From an uncultured Gammaproteobacteria bacterium (GTDB taxonomy: Bacteria; Patescibacteriota; Microgenomatia; UBA8517), in the NCBI GenBank assembly GCA_964396785.1, contig CAYNFU010000001.1, positions 943-64,942 on the forward strand: DNA of 64,000 bases, given 5' to 3'. The notes under the pieces are model-generated. The model saw only the letters and a program-made list of their open reading frames with translations. It was not told the origin of the DNA and ran no database searches. Position 1 is the first letter of the stretch. Each line of letters opens with the position of its first letter. Below are positions 56,579-63,002 of this stretch, in pieces. The translations under genes and the position numbers were made by a program.

Positions 56579-58266
56579 TGGCTTTTTGAGTAGATGTAAA
56601 AAAGCGGCGTATGTTCTGGAGAATAAATAATGTCTAACAAAGTGAGCTCGGGGTTATCAAAAATGTAGGGGTTACTCACGTCTTTTTCAGTGGATGCAAC
56701 TATCAAATTTCCTTCTTTCGCCAGAGTCTCGATAGGTTTAACCAGCTCCCCAAAATAATATTTTTCTCCAAGCTTGAATCCATTAAACCCCGGGTATATG
56801 CCTCCGATGTGTTTATCGTCCTCAAAAGTTTTCTGGAAAAGTTCCATATCATATCCGTACCAAAATAAAAATCGGGTCAGCATGGGTTCGTAGGTGTTGT
56901 TTAAAAACACCCTTTCATATCTTCCCTCATTTGCCCTAACATAGCTTCCAACCTCCTTAAATCCATACTGCCAGGCCCGCCAGCTCTCCTTAGGCCAAAT
57001 CACGAAAAAGCCGTGGAAAAAACGCGATACTTCATAAAGCATTAAAAGAATAAATACCCCTAGCAATAACTTTCCTTTAAGTTTACCGGAGTACCCAAGG
57101 ATTGAGCTAAAACCCAAGGCAGAAAGGGCGATCAAAGGAGGCAACATGAGTATCAGCCTCGACGCGTGGGTTCCACCTCCTTCGGTTAGAACAGATGGAA
57201 GTGGGGCAAGAATTAACCATATGCCGATAACTTTAAAAATTCTCTTTTTTTCCTCAGATAGCTTCGAATGGGTGGAAGCCCATATGAAGAGCCCAATAAG
57301 AATAAGAACTAGGTCGAAATAGTAAAAAACTCCGTAGCCCTTAACCGATTGTCTCGGGTTGGGATCCCCTTCCGAGAAAAGAAAACTCGGGGAGAAAGAC
57401 TTAAGATAATTTTGAAGGATTCTTTCTGTAACCACTGTCGCTTTATTGTTAAAAATTCTCGAAAGGGTCGTGTTTGAGAATTTGCGCCCTTCCTCAACCT
57501 CAAGAATAATATCCCTCTTGGGAGCAATTGTAATATAAGAAAACCTCTGGGTTGTTCTACCGCTGACTGACTGGGCGATGTATGGAGCTAGAAGAACCAG
57601 CGAGACAAAAGCCAAAGACAGAAGCTTTTTTGGTCCATATGCAAAAATTTTCTTTCTATAAATGGCAACTAGAAAAAGAACAAAAAGAGGGACAAATAAT
57701 GAGGCTATCGCATAGGTATAAATCCCGAGAGCAAAAAAAACTGCAGAGAGTATCAGGAATTTAAACTCTTTTACTCCTTTAACAAAATAGAGCGTTCCCA
57801 AAATTATAAAGGGGAGAAGAATTCCTGCGTCATTTGCCTGCCTTGAATAAAGAAAATGCCAGGGAGAAATTGCCAAAAATATCGCGGCAACTGTCGCCAC
57901 TTTCTTGTCAAAAAATTCTTTTACCAAAAAATATAAGGCAATAATTGAGATAAAACCCATAATGACCGACGGGGCCCTTACCCCCCACTCACTTAGTCCC
58001 AAGATTTTAATAAATGGGGCGTCTAAATAAAGCTGCATTGGGAGCCTATATTCGGCAAAGCTGTGGAATAAAATGGGCAGCTTATTTCCGAAATAATCCC
58101 TGCCGGTTTGGGCAATCGAATTCGCCTGAAGGCCGACGTCAATCTCGTCTCCAAATAACGAAACGGGGACTTTATCAACCTGCCAGAATCGCAAAAAAAT
58201 CGCTACAAAAAAAACAAGCGCTGCAAAAATAAAGAGAGGATTTTTAAGATATTTCCTCATACCCAA
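56575..58266 (-). CDS. GT-C-fold membrane glycosyltransferase, GT39-like. Tandem paralog 6.
   Basis: 563 aa. The first loop is LFGDEIDVGLQANSIAQTGRDYFGNKLP. The C-terminal domain is WPKESWRAWQYGFKEVGSYVRANEGRYERVFLNNTYEPMLTRFLFWY. Confidence 0.75.
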   Translation of the reverse strand: MGMRKYLKNPLFIFAALVFFVAIFLRFWQVDKVPVSLFGDEIDVGLQANSIAQTGRDYFGNKLPILFHSFAEYRLPMQLYLDAPFIKILGLSEWGVRAPSVIMGFISIIALYFLVKEFFDKKVATVAAIFLAISPWHFLYSRQANDAGILLPFIILGTLYFVKGVKEFKFLILSAVFFALGIYTYAIASLFVPLFVLFLVAIYRKKIFAYGPKKLLSLAFVSLVLLAPYIAQSVSGRTTQRFSYITIAPKRDIILEVEEGRKFSNTTLSRIFNNKATVVTERILQNYLKSFSPSFLFSEGDPNPRQSVKGYGVFYYFDLVLILIGLFIWASTHSKLSEEKKRIFKVIGIWLILAPLPSVLTEGGGTHASRLILMLPPLIALSALGFSSILGYSGKLKGKLLLGVFILLMLYEVSRFFHGFFVIWPKESWRAWQYGFKEVGSYVRANEGRYERVFLNNTYEPMLTRFLFWYGYDMELFQKTFEDDKHIGGIYPGFNGFKLGEKYYFGELVKPIETLAKEGNLIVASTEKDVSNPYIFDNPELTLLDIIYSPEHTPLFYIYSKSQ

Positions 58267-60086
58267 TTATCGAGCCAGCCAGATAACATTACAAGCATCC
58301 AGATAGCCCCCGCATTATTTTCTTTCCCTTTCTGATGGGCAGTCCAAATACTCTTAATTTTTTTTTTCTCGACATAGTTTTCGAGTTTCTTATTCATAAG
58401 TATTGTATACGCAAAATCTTTTAGTTCATTTCGTAACCATTTTTTTAGTGGTATTCCAAATCCTTTCTTTGGTCTTTTGGCTACTTCCGGAAGCCTACTC
58501 TCCAAAAGCTTTCTAAGTTGAAGTTTCGTTTTAAATAAGTTCAAATGGGGCTCTCGGGTTGAAAATGCCCAGGCAAGCACATTGTTATCTAGATAGGGAA
58601 CTCTAACCTCGAGACTATTAAGCATCGAAGCGCGGTCTGTTTTAACCAAAAAATCGTCGCGCAGGTAGGTATAAAAATCGACAACTTGACCTACACGACT
58701 TTTATCAAATCTATCTAAATTCGGTATCATTTTTGATAAAAATGACATATCGGGTTTTTCAAATAAATTGTTCTCTCCAATAAAAAACGTCCTCATCCAA
58801 TAAAGTTGTCTTTCCAAATCGCCAAATTTCATACCCTTAAGGACTATTTTCGCAAGATGCTTTTTGGGGTAGTCTTTGAATGACGTCGGAAATAGGTTAA
58901 CGACAGATTCGGGTAATCCCTCAAGAAGTCCCGAAAGAAGGGTATTCGGTAAAAATTTAAGTAAATTAGCATAAAGGTGGGCTTGGTGGGTCGGATATCC
59001 CCCAAAAAGCTCATCGCCCCCGTCACCCGACAGGGCAACGGTCACATGCTGCCTTGCCAGCTGACTCACCTTATAAGTCGGGAAGAGTGACGCATCCGCT
59101 AGTGGCTCATCCAATTTCGGAATTATTTTCTCATAAATATCGACGACGTCTTTTGGGCTAAATTCATCACTAAAATGCTCTGTCCCTATTTTTTTAGCAA
59201 CACTGTGCGCGTATTTTGCTTCGTCAAAACCTTCTTCTTTAAAACCTATCGAGAAGGATTTGAGTTTTTTAAATTTGGCTACATAGTAAGCTATTAAACT
59301 TGAGTCGAGGCCCCCGCTCAAAAAAACGCCAACTGGAACGTCGGAAACAAGCTGGCTTTTAACTGCGGTCTCTAATAGTTTGTCTATATTGTCAGTTTTA
59401 TTTTCCGAGCTGGAATTAAGTTCAAAATACTTAGCAACTTTCATTCCAGATTTCTTGAAGCTCAAGGTATGTCCCGGAAGCAGCTTTTTAATTCCAGAAA
59501 ACATGACTTGGTCTCCAGGAAGAAATCCTAGATAACCATACATGCTAAGGGCCTTACTATCTGTTTTCTTTTTATATAAAGGGTGGGAAAGAATTACTTT
59601 CGGTTCAGAACCAAATATCAAAAGATTTGAGGCTACATAATAATAAAGAGGTTTTATCCCAACTCTGTCACGTCCCAGAAAAATCTTGTGCCCCTTCTCG
59701 TCCCAAAGAGCAAAGGCAAACATACCGTTTAATTTAGGAACAAAGCCTTCACCGTATTCTTCATATCCGTGTACCAAGACCTCGGTGTCGGTTTGGGTTT
59801 TAAATTTATGTCCCCTTTTCTCGAGTTCCTCTCGAAGCGGCTTATAATTATAAATTTCTCCGTTATAAATAACGACGACGCTCCCGTCTTCATTTTTAAT
59901 CGGCTGATCCCCAGTTGTTAGGTCAATAATTCGAAGTCTACGAATTCCAAGTGCGGCAACATTATCTCGACTCCTATATATTCCTGTCGAATCCGGTCCC
60001 CGATAAATAATCTTTTTCGTCATTTCGCCAATGACCGAAGGACCCGTTCTTCCTGAAAAATCAACGTACCCGGCAATCCCGCACAT
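58257..60086 (-). CDS. asnB: Asparagine synthetase (glutamine-hydrolysing) family amidotransferase, AsnB-like. Second copy.
   Basis: 609 aa. It starts MCGIAGYV (Cys2 nucleophile). LSGGLDSS is the PP-loop. It is embedded in the glycan locus between GT-C paralogs. Confidence 0.9.
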   Translation of the reverse strand: MCGIAGYVDFSGRTGPSVIGEMTKKIIYRGPDSTGIYRSRDNVAALGIRRLRIIDLTTGDQPIKNEDGSVVVIYNGEIYNYKPLREELEKRGHKFKTQTDTEVLVHGYEEYGEGFVPKLNGMFAFALWDEKGHKIFLGRDRVGIKPLYYYVASNLLIFGSEPKVILSHPLYKKKTDSKALSMYGYLGFLPGDQVMFSGIKKLLPGHTLSFKKSGMKVAKYFELNSSSENKTDNIDKLLETAVKSQLVSDVPVGVFLSGGLDSSLIAYYVAKFKKLKSFSIGFKEEGFDEAKYAHSVAKKIGTEHFSDEFSPKDVVDIYEKIIPKLDEPLADASLFPTYKVSQLARQHVTVALSGDGGDELFGGYPTHQAHLYANLLKFLPNTLLSGLLEGLPESVVNLFPTSFKDYPKKHLAKIVLKGMKFGDLERQLYWMRTFFIGENNLFEKPDMSFLSKMIPNLDRFDKSRVGQVVDFYTYLRDDFLVKTDRASMLNSLEVRVPYLDNNVLAWAFSTREPHLNLFKTKLQLRKLLESRLPEVAKRPKKGFGIPLKKWLRNELKDFAYTILMNKKLENYVEKKKIKSIWTAHQKGKENNAGAIWMLVMLSGWLDNWV

Positions 60087-60131
60087 ATGTAGATTATCTC
60101 AATATTTAGTAGAATATACTACTTATAAGCT
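60087..60131. promoter_or_regulatory. Divergent intergenic region between asnB (minus) and the HD hydrolase gene (plus). GATAAT (minus strand, 60093..60098) lies 6 nt upstream of the asnB ATG. TATACT/TATAAG hexamers lie on the plus strand upstream of the HD gene.
   Basis: The minus-strand sequence reads AAATATTGAGATAATCTACAT-ATGTGCGGG. The plus-strand sequence reads TAGAATATACTACTTATAAGCT-GTG. Confidence 0.35.
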
Positions 60132-60731
60132 GTGAAAAAGAAATATCTAAAAATTTTTCTCTTAGCCTCACCATTCTATCTCAAGGGAAGAAGCGCCGAT
60201 AAGTTGCACCACCTGGTCGTAGCCAGAATGATGGAAAAAATCCTTAAAGAAAACCCCAAATTAGATTCTGATGTAATGATGGCTGTTGCTCTACTTCACG
60301 ACATAGGCTATGCCAAAATTCCAAAGCATAAAATTGGGAGTTTCTGGGCAAAAAAGATAAAAAAGGACCATATGAGGTTGGGAGCAGAGCTTGCACAAGA
60401 TATCTTAGGCAGGATCAATTTCCCTCAAGGAAAAATAGAAAGGGTTTGCGAAATCATCGCAACTCACGATAATCCCGAATTGGGCCTACCGATATACTCT
60501 TATGAAGCGGAGGTTCTAAAAGAAGCAGACATTCTTTGGATGACGACCGAAGAAGCATTTTGGCTGGATATTGGCAGAAGGCAAATTCAACCAGAGGAGT
60601 GGCTTACTACTTTAGAAAAAAGATTCAGCAAAGATCCTGAGTATAAGCCCTATATTAAGACAAAATTTGGCAAAGGCCGAGTCAGGAATTTTCTAAGGCA
60701 AATGCGAAAGAAATTAAGGGGACAGCCTTAA
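60132..60731 (+). CDS. HD-domain metal-dependent phosphohydrolase. GTG start as in the ORF track; the true start is uncertain.
   Basis: 199 aa. It contains H...HD...H...D elements: KLHHLVVAR, AVALLHDIGY, IATHDNPE, LKEADILW. It is one of only two plus-strand genes. Its stop overlaps the stop of the convergent GT2 gene by 4 bp. Confidence 0.65.
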   Translation: MKKKYLKIFLLASPFYLKGRSADKLHHLVVARMMEKILKENPKLDSDVMMAVALLHDIGYAKIPKHKIGSFWAKKIKKDHMRLGAELAQDILGRINFPQGKIERVCEIIATHDNPELGLPIYSYEAEVLKEADILWMTTEEAFWLDIGRRQIQPEEWLTTLEKRFSKDPEYKPYIKTKFGKGRVRNFLRQMRKKLRGQP

Positions 60732-61684
60732 AACTTCTCAATATCTTTAACTTCGTAAATAGATTTTCCTTGGGATTCGAAATAGGTACGCACCTGAAGT
60801 TCAGCCAAAAATCCCATTAGCATAAATTGCACCCCCAAAAAGCCCAAGAAAATGGCTATTAGAAAAACCGGATTCCTATGGACAAAAACTCCAAGGAAGA
60901 GCTTTTGATAAGTGGTCAAGATTAAGGCCAAAGCCCCGAGCGCCATACTCCCCAACCCGAACGACCCAAAAACATAAGCCGGTTTGGTTCCGTAAGAGCT
61001 TATAAATTTCACTGTAATAATGTCAATTAACGTCTTTACTATTCGGTTAAATCCGTATTTTGACTGACCCGCCATCCTGGGTCTATGCTGTACCACAATC
61101 TCTCCAATTTTTGCTCCCTTAAGGTATATGAGTACTGGGAGTATTCGGTGGAGTTCCCCGTAGAGTGGCATATCTTTCAAAAAGGACCTTTTGACTACCC
61201 TCGCAGAACAACCCACATCGTGGTAGGGATATGAGAATACAAAATTAATAACTCTATTAGCTGCACCTGAATAAAAACGTCTCGCTCTTGAGAATTTTTT
61301 TTCTTTGCGCCAACCAAAAACCGCGTCGTACCCTTCGTCCATCTTCTCTAAAAATCTAGGAATGTCGAAGGGATCGTTTTGTAAGTCTGCGTCCAAAAAA
61401 GAAATTAAATTACCTTCAGAGTTTTCTATTCCTGCGGCAACCGCACCTGTTTGGCCAAAGTTCCTAAGAAGTGTGACCACCTTGACAGAAACTTTTCCAT
61501 TTCCCTTTCTAACTGCTCTTTTTACTTCTTCGGCGGATGAATCGGTACTCCCGTCATTTACATATATTACCTCCGAGGGGGAAGAGAGGCCTTCCAATAC
61601 TTTTACGAGCTCTTCGTGAAGCTTAGGTAAATTACTCTCTTCATTAAAAAAAGGAACTACCACCGAAAGGTTAATGTTACTCAT
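60728..61684 (-). CDS. GT2 polyprenyl-phosphate sugar synthase (GtrB / ArnC / DPM1-like) with two C-terminal TM helices
   Basis: 318 aa. LSVVVPFFNEESNLPKLHEELVKVL...VIYVNDGSTDSS, FLDADLQND (DxD). C-terminal PAYVFGSFGLGSMALGALALILT...FLIAIFLGFLGVQFMLMGFLAELQVR is typical of the GtrB family. Confidence 0.8.
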   Translation of the reverse strand: MSNINLSVVVPFFNEESNLPKLHEELVKVLEGLSSPSEVIYVNDGSTDSSAEEVKRAVRKGNGKVSVKVVTLLRNFGQTGAVAAGIENSEGNLISFLDADLQNDPFDIPRFLEKMDEGYDAVFGWRKEKKFSRARRFYSGAANRVINFVFSYPYHDVGCSARVVKRSFLKDMPLYGELHRILPVLIYLKGAKIGEIVVQHRPRMAGQSKYGFNRIVKTLIDIITVKFISSYGTKPAYVFGSFGLGSMALGALALILTTYQKLFLGVFVHRNPVFLIAIFLGFLGVQFMLMGFLAELQVRTYFESQGKSIYEVKDIEKF

Positions 61685-61685
61685 G

Positions 61686-63002
61686 TTACCTCTTTAATGT
61701 TAGCACGTGAGACTCTTGCTTTCTTCCAGATATAGAAAATCTACTTGCCATTAAATACTTTTTATACATGGCAATATAAATCATAAAGCTACCTAACCCC
61801 AAAACCCTCGTTGCCAGCCTGTCTTGGTACGAAAGCAGTCGTATCAATAAGTCTATTTTCGGAATCCACCAAAAATTATATAGATTCAAAAGGTTAATGG
61901 CACTAAGAAGATAGTAGTACACAGAAGCTCCTTTCTCCAAAACCGCTACAACTATAAAGGTAGTAAAAAATGGATATAAGTACCTTTCGTGCATGTTTGT
62001 AAGTAGCATAAATGAGGAAAGAGTAACTATCGAAAGGGACCAAAAAGTGGACGTAGTATCCTTTTTCTTGGCTAAAACAAAAAGTACAGGGATGTAGCTT
62101 AAGAAAAATAAGATATATCCCCAAATTTTAAATGGTAGAGGTCCAAATAATAGATCATGGGGGCGCGCATGTATTCCTTTTATGGCAGCCCAAATATTAA
62201 ACGCATTGGCTGTAATAAGTTGTAATTGCTCAGTCATGACTTTACTTTTGTAGAAATCGTAAATCCAATAGAAGGTATTATTTTTGGAAAAGGGCAGAAA
62301 AAGAAGAAATACAGTAACTAAAATCACAATTAAAGCAGTAAAATACTTTCTCGGTTTATATTTCTGGGCTAAGGCCACAATAAGAAAAACAGGAACGTAG
62401 ATTAATAATGAAATTTTTATATAAAGTGAGATTATTAGAGAAACTATTGCCCAGTTGAGGTTCTTTCTAAATAACAAATAAAAGGCAAGAACCGCAAAGA
62501 AATTGTTTACCGATTCATACTGACCCCAAACGACCGAGTTATAAATTATTACCGGGTTTAACAAAAATAGGAGTGCTCCAATTTGGGCCTTTTTCTTATC
62601 TGAAAGCTTTAATATTATTTTGTAAATCAAGAGGGCTATTCCGAAATCTGCCAATATTGTAGGTATTTTTGCCACAAAGTAGATAAAGTCCCTCTCGAAG
62701 TAAAACATCAAATTCGAGGGAAATACTGGGATATTAACATTTAAAAACCAGAAGAAAGAATAAAAAAGTTCAAATAATTTTCTAATTCCCGCGTAAAGAA
62801 GAATCGTACCCGGAGGCTGGTTGGGCCAATCGAAGCTCCAGACGTTACTTTCAAAGAATAGTTTTGGGCCATACTGCCAAAACCTGGTCCCCCAGTCGAG
62901 TGAGTTTCTTAAATCCGTATGGACTGGGGTTGGCAGTAAGGCAATTATTAGTCTTAATAGAAGGGCGGCGAGAATTATGTATAAAAACTTTTTTGCAGTC
63001 AT
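61686..63002 (-). CDS. Polytopic membrane protein, unknown family (possible GT-C-like glycosyltransferase)
   Basis: 438 aa with about 12 TM helices. The first loop is FWQYGPKLFFESNVWSFDWPNQPPGTILLY. No soluble C-terminal domain. Confidence 0.5.
   Translation of the reverse strand: MTAKKFLYIILAALLLRLIIALLPTPVHTDLRNSLDWGTRFWQYGPKLFFESNVWSFDWPNQPPGTILLYAGIRKLFELFYSFFWFLNVNIPVFPSNLMFYFERDFIYFVAKIPTILADFGIALLIYKIILKLSDKKKAQIGALLFLLNPVIIYNSVVWGQYESVNNFFAVLAFYLLFRKNLNWAIVSLIISLYIKISLLIYVPVFLIVALAQKYKPRKYFTALIVILVTVFLLFLPFSKNNTFYWIYDFYKSKVMTEQLQLITANAFNIWAAIKGIHARPHDLLFGPLPFKIWGYILFFLSYIPVLFVLAKKKDTTSTFWSLSIVTLSSFMLLTNMHERYLYPFFTTFIVVAVLEKGASVYYYLLSAINLLNLYNFWWIPKIDLLIRLLSYQDRLATRVLGLGSFMIYIAMYKKYLMASRFSISGRKQESHVLTLKR

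Noticed and set aside
58368-58377. T10/A10 homopolymer inside asnB copy 2 considered as a phase-variation switch
   Set aside because: It lies about 35 codons from the stop, so slippage would not abolish the catalytic domains. Poly-A/T runs of 8-10 are frequent throughout this AT-rich window (for example near 16271, 18671, 20631, 29371 and 57731), so it is probably compositional. It is kept only as a low-interest note.
60132-60230. Alternative later start (ATGATGG near 60228, MMEKIL...) for the HD hydrolase gene
   Set aside because: It would remove the first conserved His (KLHHLV) that normally precedes the HD dyad. The GTG-initiated ORF was retained, but the start remains uncertain.
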